Shown here piece by piece: positions 1 to 13,016 of a stretch of 64,000 bases of DNA. The stretch is taken from contig NC_092678.1 in the NCBI RefSeq assembly GCF_964355755.1, positions 15,977,881 through 16,041,880 on the forward strand, given 5' to 3'. The notes beneath the pieces were generated by a model. It was not told the origin of the DNA. It made no database searches and was given only the letters and a program-made list of their open reading frames with translations. This stretch comes from Antedon mediterranea (Eukaryota; Animalia; Echinodermata). Position 1 is the first letter of the stretch; every line of letters begins with the position of its first letter. The position numbers and the translations under genes are program-made.

Positions 1-1201
1 GCTTAATCATTTCTGAAAAAAAAATTACAGTTTCAGGATGTCAGTTTAAACTTGGCTGGTCCAACATATTTGAGATGAATGCAGTGTGTAGAGGTAGGAG
101 GAGAAACTGTTGGGATTGTTTATTTTCTATAAACGTCCAACCGTACGAGAATCGGGTGTCCAACGCCAGTGGTCTTACGAATACGTGTATTTCTATTAAA
201 ACGTTTTAACATTGTACAGACAATGTCCACAAAAGGCCTACGTAGTGTGTTTATGCAAAATAGAATTAGGTAGACCGATAAATTGTTCAGAGCATACAAA
301 TAACTGCATGTATATTATTAAATTGTTTCACAGTTAAGTATTAACTAAGAAGCAAACGCAGAAAATGCACCTTGCTCTATGGTAGTTATAGCGTTATCAT
401 CTAAATACCTGCAAATAAATCAATATACACACATTTCCAAGAGGTATTGTAAAACTACTATATAACAATACAATAACTAGAATAACAATCAAGTTTTCTG
501 CTATAGTTCATAGTACAGTTATGTAATTTTTCATTCATTTCAGTGGCCGATTTAGACTTTCTCTGAAACACGAATAATTGTCAAAGGCAGGCTAATTTGG
601 CCATAATGAGGTGCAAATCTGAGAGAGGGGAAATTATAAAGTGTAGAAACAGATATCACCTCACAAGCAAGCTATTACTGAACCATACAATGTGAGGGAA
701 GAAATCAAGATTATTTGACTGTGATCACTTTATTTATAAAACTTGAAAGTCAGATAAATGGATAAACTCTGGAAAATGGTATGTTCACATTTCAACTTAA
801 GTTAATCTTACGGACGGATGACGTGAATAATGTACGTAGGCCTACAATCCAAATTAGGTCCGATTTGTTGCACGTGCGAATAAAAAAAAAGTTCTATTCC
901 ACCGTACGGGGGATAAATAACCGAGTCCTCTCATAATTACATTATTTTTCATTTAATAATATTTAAGTGATAATAATAATTTACTGTAAAACTAACGAAT
1001 CAAAACATTACACATAAACATAAACACACACTACAACTACAGGAGGCTATGTTAGAATAACGGATACATCAATCATAATAAAAAAAAAATCCAGTATTGC
1101 AAAGGATTAGCCTAAATATATGAATTAATATAAAAATAAATGTATATTACAACGAAACTATACTATTTTCAAATGTATGATAAACCATAGAAAGCACTCA
1201 C

Positions 1202-1273
1202 AGTTCTGTCAATGATGTCAAACCATCAAACACGTTTGCTGTTAATGTAGTTATTTGATTCTTGAATAAACTC
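1202..1273 (-). CDS. 72-nt single-LRR exon of host multi-LRR gene (SLFKNQITTLTANVFDGLTSLTEL)
   Basis: Reverse strand: ttttcAG acceptor, exactly 72 nt, GTGAGT donor, phase 2-2. Manual translation matches the 24-aa LRR consensus LxxNxIxxLxxxxFxxLxxLxxL. Confidence 0.85.
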
Positions 1274-2768
1274 CTGAAAACCGTAAAAAAATACGATAAA
1301 TAAGTACACTCAGTACCAAGGGATAGTACCTGAAATTGTGAACAATGCGTTAAATAATAATTATTACAGTTCTCAGGTACATTACGATTAAGAATTATTT
1401 TTTGTATTATTCTTGAAAAAAACAGATAGCTGTATTGTGCTAAAAGAAACCAAAGAGCTTCTGTAGCCGATTAGGAATGCCATTACAACAATACGTACAG
1501 TCATTAAACTGTATACACAAGGATATAATAATACTTGTTGATGTTAGTTTGGTCCTTATTACCATATTATTAAATGACGATGAGGCATGAATTCTGCTAT
1601 TTTATTTTTCATTGTGGGATTATTTCAACATAGAAGAACAAATTGAAAGATATTACGCTTGAACGTATTGTAAATGAAACAGATAGAAGTATTAATGTAT
1701 AAATACAATAATTATTATTAGGCTAAGGGTCAAACTGTGCCTGAAAATAAACAAGATTCAAAGCACTACACAGTTGAATGACAACGCATTGTTCACCCTA
1801 TACAATTTTATGCGGAAAAAAAGGACGAATGTACAAAAAGAAATGAAATGTAATTAATTTTATATAAAAAAATTATGAATTATGGCATATTCAATTTTTT
1901 ATAAAGATGTTGATTCTCACATTTGTACCGATGCAATTGATACGTCCTAAGTTCACCTAAATACGGATAATGATTTACGTTTAGGGCACACGTAACAGAT
2001 GCATCTCATGATCGATGACGGTTTCATAAGAGATATATAACATTTGTTCCGAGTGCTCAATAAGCTTATAACTGTAAACACTATTGCAGAATATTTTACG
2101 TAATCGGAAAAATGTCGAGCATTCCTTCTCGTGTGGACAACAGCATAGAGAAACTTGAACATGTGAACGCAAACTTAACCTCATGCATCTGAAAAGCTTG
2201 TTATGTTACCCGGTTCTCTTTTTTTTTTATTCTTTATTCTTTATTAAAACAACCCAATTGGCAGCAAATCTGCTGAATTGCATGGTAAGGAACAATAAAC
2301 ATTCAAAAGACAAGAAAAGTATAGTCATTACAAAACAAAATTATCGCAATTACAAAATATATTTAAATGTAAACATAAAGTTTAAAAAAATAGTCTTCAC
2401 ATGACAATTATTTCCCCAGTATATAAGACAATTTGGTAATGCAGAGCCTCATGTATATCACATGTGGTGCCTGTATCATTAGCTTATGAATTAGGTTATG
2501 GTATATGATAGTAGGTAATACATGTGAAACATGTGATGCTGTATTACCGAATTTCCGTATGATACTAGAGAAATCGAGATACAATTTTTTTTTTTTTTTT
2601 TGAGGGCGCTCTATGGAGTAAGACGTGTTTTTACTAGAGGAGCATCACATATACCTGTAGAATCACAAAAAGGTGGTAAATATTACTAAATACACACAAT
2701 ACTGTAAACCAAACTTGTCTTTATTAATGTTTCCATTGGATGTTGGACGTTAAATCGGAAATTTCATT

Positions 2769-3638
2769 ATGGAAAGTGAAAAACAAGACAAAGAAAAAAT
2801 CACCTACCACCTGAGATCTGTAAGGGCGGATGCCGAGGAAACAATAGAACCGGTCAGCGCGGGAACCGCAGCCCAACTGTCGAATTCCGTACTAGACCAG
2901 AAACTGGACATGATCATTCAAAAACTAGAATCGATGGATAAGCGTGTAAAAAACCTAGAATCCCGGATGAGTAAAGCAGAGGGAAAATCCAAAACACAAA
3001 ATCAGGACATCGCAGAAATTCATCGGTCATTAGAATTCATTGGTAAAAGTGTAGAAGAAAACACAACAAAATGCAAGTCGACAAGTGAAATTACAGGTAA
3101 TTTTGAATATTTACAAAACAAAGTTGAAGACCTGGAAAACAGGTCCAGAAGAAATAACCTTGTAATTCACAACGTACCGGAAGGCTATGAAAAGAAGGAA
3201 AATAAAACATGTGAAGAATTAGTGAAATATATATTAACCTCCCATATGAAATTGGAAGATGGCGAACACATCGAGATCGAACGCGCCCATAGAACACCTG
3301 GCTATTTGCATAATAAAGGATCAACAAAACGCAAACAAACGCCTAGGCTGATTCATGTTAAGTTACTCCGCTTCACTGATCGTCAATTTGTACTGAGGAA
3401 TGCTGCAAAAACGCTGAAGAACAATCCACTGCACACCAATCTTATATATATTAGCGACGATGTTTCAAAGAAGGTGAGAGAGCAGCGGAAAATACTGAGG
3501 CAAAATCACATCGAAAGAATAAGACGGCGATCGGACGTTAAGTTCGCGTTTATCCCGTTCTGTGTGCCTCCAGTTATTAGATACCAGAAGCAAGATGGCC
3601 GCTTTGAATCATTCGTACCTGGACAAAACAGCAAATGA
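2769..3638 (+). CDS. L1-type ORF1p (coiled coil + RRM)
   Basis: Motifs LENRSRRNNLVIHNVPEG, IEIERAHR and IYISDDVS are typical of L1 ORF1; heptad-rich N-terminal half. Confidence 0.9.
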   Translation: MESEKQDKEKITYHLRSVRADAEETIEPVSAGTAAQLSNSVLDQKLDMIIQKLESMDKRVKNLESRMSKAEGKSKTQNQDIAEIHRSLEFIGKSVEENTTKCKSTSEITGNFEYLQNKVEDLENRSRRNNLVIHNVPEGYEKKENKTCEELVKYILTSHMKLEDGEHIEIERAHRTPGYLHNKGSTKRKQTPRLIHVKLLRFTDRQFVLRNAAKTLKNNPLHTNLIYISDDVSKKVREQRKILRQNHIERIRRRSDVKFAFIPFCVPPVIRYQKQDGRFESFVPGQNSK

Positions 3639-3958
3639 ACTACCAGGGTGTAAACAAAAGGTATTTTGATCCCTAGACTGTGAACACTTTTTATAATTTT
3701 CTTTTTTATCTATTACTACGGCATTGCAAATATAGATATGTTTTATATCAATTTACATGTACATGATAGCTACTCGCAGATGGCGATGGTTATCCAATGC
3801 TACGCATATTTGTATTTGATGTTCTCAAGTGTAATTAATGTTAATGTTATCTTTAATTTTATTTTTTTTATTTTGAGTATCGCATTTTATAGACTATTAA
3901 ATGTGTATGTTTTTATACCCACGGTAATGGAAACGGCTATACAAAACCGGACCCCGCT

Positions 3959-6900
3959 CACAGCTGTTTCACCAATGTAAAATAAATAGAAAAAGTCAAG
4001 CGCCCTCAATATTGTCAGACGGCGATATGTGCCTGAGCGTGACGCCGCGCGAGTGGTTGAATCTCGTTCAACTTTCGCGACATTTGCAACTTTTATAACT
4101 ACACTTTAAATTAATTTAATCAATTTCGTCATAAATATTATAAAACCATTTTTATACTATTTGTTAGAAAATAAGATTTTTAATTACCGATTTTTTGGAA
4201 ATAGTAAGTAATTAAGCATAACACCAAGTTTACGAAATTATTTACACCCGGAAGTTTTAAAAATTAACATCGATCGGCCTAGCAAATGTAAACAATGGAA
4301 AGTTTGAAAAAATGCTTGTCAAATTGTACACTTTTTGTTTTTATTCGTAATTTTCATAAATACTTGGAAAATCTAGGTAAAAGTTTGATTATATATGCTT
4401 ACATGAGACATTGAATTGTTAGGAGGTGACGGTGAAAATCTCAAGAAATTTTCATTTAAAAACTCGACTGTTTTGTTAAATGCGAAACAGCGTATTTGGC
4501 GAGAGGTCGATGAACGCGGCTGATAACCGCTCGCTAGGCTGTACGCAACTAGGCCTAGGTTGTAGCTAGGCCTAGTTGGTACGTATAAGTAGTGTAATCA
4601 TGCTATACATCATTTTAATTTACAATAGATTAAATAATAAGCTTAATTATTATCATTGTATTTATTTCAACTGAATATAATTCATCATACATGTACAAAT
4701 TTAGTAAAACTACTAACTACCAGGCCAGGCCTAGCTAGGCCCTTCAAAATTAAAGCCTATACAAAAATACTCAAACTACTGTATGATAAATATAATATAA
4801 AATTAAAGGTTGGTAAAATTAAAATTTCTTTTCATTTTTGTAGGCAACACAGTTTCACGAAAAGGCTTTAAGTTCTACTTGCTTCTGTTGTGGAACAAAA
4901 TTTAAAGAAAAAGATAAAAAATACAATTTAAAAAATATGAAAACCATCACAAATTTGCACTAAATCTAACAAATGTAAAATTACAACCTATATACATTTA
5001 TACAACCTGCCATTCGCGAATTTTCAATGGATACTGTATACTACCACGCTAACATTTAAATTAACAGGGCATGGACCAAATTGCTTGGCATGCTACACTT
5101 CAACAACAACTATGACCTGGGCCAAAACTACATTCACAAGTGAAAGAACACACTGGCGTTTAAGGGAACAGTTTTTTGTCTGGTACAGCTGCTCCATAAT
5201 CTGCTTTTCTTATATCTTCACTCTTTTTGAAAGTTTATACTAACAAATTTAATTAAATGAACATACCTCATAATCAAATAACTGTTTTCTCATCCTAATT
5301 TATATACATAGTTTAAAAAGCGCCAATTTTCAATTAAGACTACATCATACATTGTATATTTCTATTCAACAAAATTGTCAGAACTTTCTATTATTTAAAT
5401 GTCTAAGATAGTCCGATCTCGGGTCCATTCTACAGTCACCACAGATTGACTTTTTCATCACAAAATTTCTGAAATTATAAAATGTATTAATGTGTCAATT
5501 AAGTATTTTTTAATTACATAAAAAATATCATACAAGTATTTTTAGCAGAATACAGGCATATTGCACCAGGTGTAATACAGCCTAAGCTACATATGCTTGA
5601 GCACCATGCTATTGCATTCATGAGAGAATGGAAGGTGGTCTCTGAGCAAGGCGGGGAGACATGCCAAACTCAACCGTCACAAAACAGCAGTGTGGATTAG
5701 AGTCAAACTTAGACTCATCTGACTTTCACATCTCCAATGATACAAAATGAAATAATAAAACCCAACAAATGCAAGAAAGCCAACAAAGAATGATTCATTA
5801 ACATTAATGATCATAAAATATTGTACATTTTTAAATGTTAAAGGAATATTGCATTGTATTGATTTCCTTTTAACAATGCCTAATAATAATGAATATGTAA
5901 AAGTAATACTATAGTATGTCTATATTTCAATTACTAACTAATTACTATTGATTGATAGTACTACTGCTGTACATGTGTTAGTGATTGATTGTTAAAGTTA
6001 CAAATTCATAGCATGGTAAACACAATTTAAAATTTACTAGTTCTTGAACAGTAAAATAAACTTACCTATATGGTAGGTATAGGTATTGGTCCAAATCTGT
6101 TTAAAATGTTTTAGCCATTTTGGGTTGCCGCTATATATGTACCTAAAAAATAGTAATAGTATAACATTATAATAAGAATTAATTAAAATTAACTTATTAA
6201 ATTTACTATGGTTGCATACATACTAATTTGAATATGCAGTGATGAGCAAAAACAAATGTTAAAATTCATTATTTATAATAATTGTAATTATTACATACAG
6301 GGTAGGCATATATGCCTTATGTCATTGCATAGGGTATATATAACCAGGTATCCTCATAATAAACATTATTTGTAATAAATACTGTAAATATATTAAAAAT
6401 AAAAATTAATAATAATTAAATAATAATAATATATAGGCATAGAGCCTCTATGCCTAATTAGGTAGCCTACTAATACCTAGCCTATTGCTCTAGGCTAGGC
6501 TAAATAAGCTGGAAAGCTGCTTCTCTGTAAGCTACTAGTGCAAGAGAGCACAGGTCTAGCTAGTATATTAAAATAAAAATAGGGCCTATAATATAGGCCT
6601 AGCCTACCCAGCCAGTGGTAGTGATTGGTTGTTAATATTGAAAATTAATAGCATGGTAAACACAATTTAAAATTTACTAGTTCTTGAACAGTAAAATAAA
6701 CTTACCTATAATATAGATGGTAGGTATAGGTATAGGTCCAAATCTGTTTAAATGATTTTTCCACTTCCGGTTGCCGCTATGTACCTAAAAAATAGTAAAA
6801 CATTACTATAAGAATTAATTAAAATTAGCTTATTAAATTTAATATGGTTGCATACATACTAATTTGAATATGCAGTGATAAGCAAAAACGAATGTTTAAA

Positions 6901-9184
6901 TTCATTATTTATAATACTGTAATTGTAATTATTACATACAGGGTAGGCATATATGCCTTATGTCATTGCATAGGGTATATATAACCAGGTATTCTCATAA
7001 TAAACATTATTTAAATAAAATACAGTAAATATATTAAAACTAAAAATAATAATAATTAAATAATAATATTTAGGCGTAGAGCCTAGACCTAATTAGGTAG
7101 TCTACTTATACCTAGCCTATTGCTCTAGGCTAGGCTAAATAAGCTGGAAAGCTGCTTCTCTGTAGGCTGCTAGTGTTAGAGAGCACAGGTCTAGCTAGTA
7201 TATTAAAATAAAAATGGGGCCTATAATATAGGCCTAGCCTACCCAGCCAGTGGTAGTGATTGATTGTTAATATTGAAAATTAATAGCATGGTAAACACAA
7301 TTTAAAATTTACTAGTTCTTGAGCAGTAAAATAAACTTACCTACTGTATATAGATGGTAGGCTGCTAGGTATTGGTCCAAATCTGTTTAAAATGTTTTTG
7401 CCACTTCGGGTTGCCGCTATGTACCTAAAAAATAGTAAAACATTATTATAAGAATTACTTAAAATTAGCTTATTAAATTTAATATGGTTGCATACATACT
7501 AATTTGAATATGCAGTGATGAGCAAAAACGAATGTTAAAATTCATTGTTTTTAATAATTGTAATTATTACATACAGGGTAGGCATATATGCCTTATGTCA
7601 TTGCATAGGGTATATATAACCAGGTATTCTCATAAGAAACATTATTTAAATAAATACTGTAAATATATTAAACAAAAATTAATAATAATTAAATAATAAT
7701 AGGCCTATATAGGCGTAGAGCCTAGCCTAATTAGGTAGCCTACTTATACCTAGCCTAATTGCTCTAGGCTAGGCTAAATAAGCTGGAAAGCTGCTTCTCT
7801 GTAGGCTGCTGCTAGTGATAGAGAGCACAGGTCTATCTAGTATATTAAAATAAAAATAGGGCCTATAATATAGGCCTAGCCTACCCAGCCAGTGGTAGTG
7901 ATTGATTGTTAATATTACAAATTAATAGCATGGTACACAATTTAATATTTGCTACTTCTTGAACAGCAAAATAATCTTACCTATATAGATGGTAGGTATG
8001 GTCCAAATCTGCTTAGCCACTTCAGGTTACTGCTCTATATATTATATGTATCTACAATAGTATAACATTAATAATTATTATAACAATTTTATAAAATTAA
8101 CTTAACTTATTAAATTTAGTATGATTGCATACTAATTTGAATATGCAGTGATGAGCAAAACCGAATGTTAATATGATGCTTGTCATTATTTATATTGTAA
8201 TTATTACATACACTTTACAGGGTAGGCCTATAATATTCCCTATTGCATACATGTTACATAGGGTATATATAATCCTCATAATATTAAATTTACAGTTTTT
8301 GTAATGAATACTGTAAATTTAATAAAACTAAAATTAATTATAATGATTAAATAATATTAAAAATATATAGGCCTAGGCGTAGATCCTGGGCCTAATTTTA
8401 ATTAGGTAGCCTACTAATACTAGTATTAGGCTAGTAGGCTAGCCTACTCAAGGCCAGGCTAACTAAGCCGGAAAGCTGCTTCTCTGTAGTAGGCTGCTAG
8501 AGAACACAGGTCTAGCAAGGGCCTAGGCCTAGTATTAAAATAAAAATAGGGCCTATAGTATTGGTATATGCCTAGCCTACCCAGCCAGGCCTAAATAATT
8601 CAAATAATGTAACATTTCCAAACTCATTTGGGTCAGCTGTCACATGAAAGGCAGTGTTGCAACTAGAGTAGACACAAGCCTAAGCCTAAAAATGACACAA
8701 TTTGAAACGGCCATAGCTCAAAAATTCAACCATCACCTCTCGACCATTACTATGTTATAACATTCACAGATAACTAAATTATCATGCAGTACCAAAGAAT
8801 TAGAGTGAAAATTAGATTTTTTAAAGATACGGACAAACAAACATGTACCTAATTTGGAAATGTCACTCACGTGCGTAAATTGGTATATGCTTGTATTTTA
8901 TGGTCCACCCTTCCATTAATTTTCAGCTTTACATTCCTTGTTAAAAACAAAACGACAACGTGCTTGTTTCATCCAGGGACTCTTTAATGAATATTCATAT
9001 TTTTACCGACCCTTTATTTTTTTATCTCATTCTCATTGGCTGTTTAAAACATGTCTTTAAATGACATTTGACTCCACTCTGCACACGTGGATTTGTAAGT
9101 AATTGTTTATGTATTGTTACTCCAGCGATACGACTTGTAACGTTGAGGGCGCATGACTTAATTCGTATGTTTGAAACAGCTGTG
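3959..9184 (+). mobile_element. Internally deleted Chapaev/N-RAG-TP-like (RAG1-related) DNA transposon
   Basis: Perfect 13-bp terminal IR CACAGCTGTTTCA...TGAAACAGCTGTG, 4-bp TSD CGCT. Transposase remnants FHEKALSSTCFCCG (~4855), HGPNCLACY (~5070) and IQPKLHMLEHHAIAFMREWKV (~5575) are homologous to the 27884-40281 element. Confidence 0.88.
5980..8590. repeat. About 4 tandem copies of a ~640-bp unit rich in TAGGCCTA/CTAG motifs, inside the transposon
   Basis: Anchor atagcatggta(a)acacaattta recurs near 6008, 6648, 7283 and 7925. Confidence 0.9.
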
Positions 9185-9344
9185 CGCTAATTATTTGCAT
9201 TCTTAACATATACTATTTATTTCCATCAGATAACGATGTACAGTATCTATAACGACGTTTATGATCTCAATTGTTATTATCTCGCTGATATAACTAAATG
9301 TATAATAATAACGCAGACAGTAATAAAACCACTAAAAAATAAAT

Positions 9345-12300
9345 ATGGGTAGCATAGATATATGTAGTTTAAATGTACGGGGGATTAGAAACCCTTTTAA
9401 ACGCAGCACCGTATTTAATTGGCTAAGGGATCAACCCTTCTCCATATATCTCCTACAAGAAACCCACTGCACACATGAGCTGGAAACTGCGTGGCGTAAT
9501 GACTGGGGTTCTGAGATTAAATTTAGCAATGGAAAGAATAATTCGGCTGGAGTCTGTATTCTCTTAAAATTAAATGTCAGCTACAAAATAGGAAACATAT
9601 ACAATGATCAAAATGGGAAATTTATTATTATGAATATACAAATAGAGGATAAACATATTACAATTGCAAATTTATATGGACCAAATGATGACAACAGTTT
9701 CTTTTTTGAACAATTTAATAATAAAATTGAGGAGTTCGCACAGTACTCTCTAATAATAGGCGGAGATTTTAATACAATTCTTCAACCTGATCTGGATAAG
9801 AAAAATGGAAGAGGTCAAATTCACCCGAGATCTGTAGAACAAATAAATAGTATAAAAGACAATTATAATTTAATTGACATCTGGAGACAGGAAAATCCAA
9901 CTAAAACCCAATTTACATGGCACTCCAATCAATCTCCAAAAGTGTTCTGTAGGTTAGATTATTTTCTTATATCCTATGAACTTTGGTCTCAAGTTGAAAA
10001 AACTTTAATATCACCGGGTTTTAAAAGTGACCATTCATTGATTACGTTATCAATACATGGAATAACAAGTAAACGAGGGTCAGGTTTCTGGAAACTGAAT
10101 ACAAGCCTTTTAAGTGACCCACAATACGTTAAAGAAATTAAAGAAACCATAAAAAACACAAAAGAAGAATGTTTAGAAAATAACCCACATACTGTATGGG
10201 AAATGATAAAATGTAATACAAGGAGAACATCAATGTCGTATTCTGGTAGACTAAATAAAACAATTAAAAAAGACGTGGATCGATTAAACAATGAAATCAA
10301 AACCTTAGAAGAGCAATATTGCGTAAACAGTAATGAAAAAATAACCGAAATGATCCAAATTAAAAGAAACGAACTAGAATCAATCTATGAAATTAGAACA
10401 CGTGGCTCACTGATTCGATCCAAAGCCCGTTGGATAGAAGAAGGAGAAAAAAGCACGAAATATTTTCTTAATTTAGAGAGGAGGAATTATAATAAAAAGC
10501 ATATAACTAAAATTACAACAGATAATGGAGACATAACTAACCCCGACGATATAATAAATGAAGAAAAACGATTCTATGAATCATTATATAGTTTTGAAGG
10601 CGAAAATAACAATGTCAACCCTGCTGATATTTTTGACAAGATACACATAGATAAAATCAATAAAGATGATGAATCTATATGTGACCAGCCCCTTAGAGAT
10701 ACAGAATGTTTAGAAGCATTAAAGGTGATGGATAACAATAAAACCCCTGGGACAGATGGTTTTCCTGCCGAGTTTTATAAACTATTTTGGAATGATATAA
10801 AAGATACGCTAATTAACGCTTACCATTATTCTTTCCAATCCGGGTTTTTAAGTATCTCCCAGAAACGAGGGGTGATATCACTTATACCGAAAAAAGATAA
10901 ATCTCCGCTATTATTGAAAAACTGGCGTCCCATCTCGCTTTTAAATGTGGATTATAAAATTTTAGCAAAAGCCATTGCGACTCGTTTAAAATGTGTGCTG
11001 CCATCAGTAATTAATCCTGATCAAACGGGCTTTCTTAAAGGCAGATATATTGGAGAAAACATAAGATTAGTCTATGATGTAATAGAATATGCATAAATGC
11101 ACAACAAGCCAAACTTACTATTTTTTGTAGATTTCGAAAAGGCTTTCGATAAGGTGAAATGGGACTTCCTTGATATGTCTCTTAAGAGATTTGGCTTTGG
11201 TAAAAATATGATAAATTGGATAAAAATATTATATAAAGACATTGTTAGTTGCGTTATAAATAACGGGGTAACATCAAAATTCTTCAATTTAAAACGAGGC
11301 CTGCGTCAAGGATGTCCCTTATCCCCATATCTTTTTATAATTTGTGCAGAAATACTAGGTAACATGGTACGTCAATCAGACACATTTAAAGGTATAGAGT
11401 ACAATAATGTAGACATAAGAATTAGCCAATTTGCAGATGACACTGTGTTTTTTCTCAAAGACCAAAACTCAATTAAACCGATTATAGATATACTGGATGA
11501 ATTTTCTATATATTCTGGACTCAGAATTAATTATGAAAAAAGTAACATTATGAGAATAGGATCGTTAAGAAACTGCGACTATAAAACGCCATCTGAGAAA
11601 AGTATTTCATGGACCAAAGGCCCAGTAAAATACTTGGGTGTTAATATTTCTTGTAATTTTAATAATATTTTCAGACTCAATTTTCCAGATAAGGCTAAAA
11701 ATGCTGAACAAGTATTAAATATGTGGAAACAACGCTCACTTACTTTGTTTGGAAAAGCAACTATTATTAAGTCACTGTTTCTCCCGATATTCACGTATGT
11801 TTTCTCAAATTTACCAGACCCACCCGATTGTTTCCTTCAAGATATTCAAAGTAAAATTTTTAAATTTATATGGAACGGAAAACCCGATAAAGTCAAAAGA
11901 AAAGTCATGCTTAACAATTTTGACGAAGGAGGGTTAAAAATTCCCAATATTAAGAGTTACTGTACATCTCTCAAATCATGTTGGGTGAAAAGATATCTTG
12001 ATGGAAATCAATCCAAGTGGAAAGTGTTTTTAAAAAGTAAGATTAAAAAGGTTGGAGGAAATATTGTTTTCGAAACCAACTTTTCTAAATCTTCAAAAAT
12101 ATTAAAACAATTTGAAAGGTTCCATAAAGATATACTCTCTGCGTGGAGTGAATACAATGTTGTAGAACCGTATACGATAGAGGACATCTTAAATCAATCT
12201 TTATGGAACAACTCATGTTTTGATAAAAGAGAATTTAAAGTTGAAAAAAATTGGTTGGTTAAAAATGTAAACTATGTAAAAGATATCGTGAACAAAGAAG

Positions 12301-13016
12301 GGAAAATATTAGAACTAGACGAATTTAACCAAAAATATAATTTTAAACCAGACTTCTTATTATATCACCAGATTGTAAATTCAATTCCAAAGCTCTGGAA
12401 ACAGAAATTAATTGAACAAGGTATAAACACAACGAATGAAGTTGAATCCAAATTACAGACATTCATTTCTGTGAAAACGAGAAATTGTCATTATATCTAT
12501 AAACACATTATATTAAAAAATGTTGAAGAGCCAATTGAAATTGAATCCAAATGGGAAAAGGAGTTTGACAACAAACTTAATTGGAAAAACCTTTTCTCAA
12601 ATTTACACGCCTGTACAAATGACACTAAGCTAAAAAATGTTCAATTTAAATTTATTCATCGTATAATTTATACAAATACAATGCTCTTTAAGATGTCAAA
12701 GGTCGATTCACCAATGTGTAGTTTTTGCAAGGAAAAGCAGGAAACACTGCTACATATGTTCTTTGAATGTGATCTGGTAAAGAACATTTGGGAAAATGTA
12801 AAACAATATATGTATCGAAATATCAACAATAACTTAATTATCACCAAAGAAAGTATATGTTTTGGTTTTGGAAAAACACACAGTGATGCAAACATTTTAA
12901 TTTTAATTACAAAGTGGTACATATTTAGTTGCAAAATCAAAAAACAATTACTTAATTATAATCATTTATTTCACATTTACCAAAAATACAAGGCAACCAT
13001 ATTATTAGCAAAATGA
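9345..13016 (+). pseudogene. L1/Tx1 ORF2 (APE endonuclease, RT, CCHC) with one in-frame TAA at 11094-11096
   Basis: Motifs LNVRGI, LQETH, GGDFN, SDH, DFEKAFD, GLRQGCPLSP, QFADD and CSFC..H..C. The two ORF-track ORFs are contiguous in the same frame. Confidence 0.93.

Noticed and set aside
5980-8590. CRISPR-like array
   Set aside because: Long ~640-bp tandem units with no unique spacers, in eukaryotic context.
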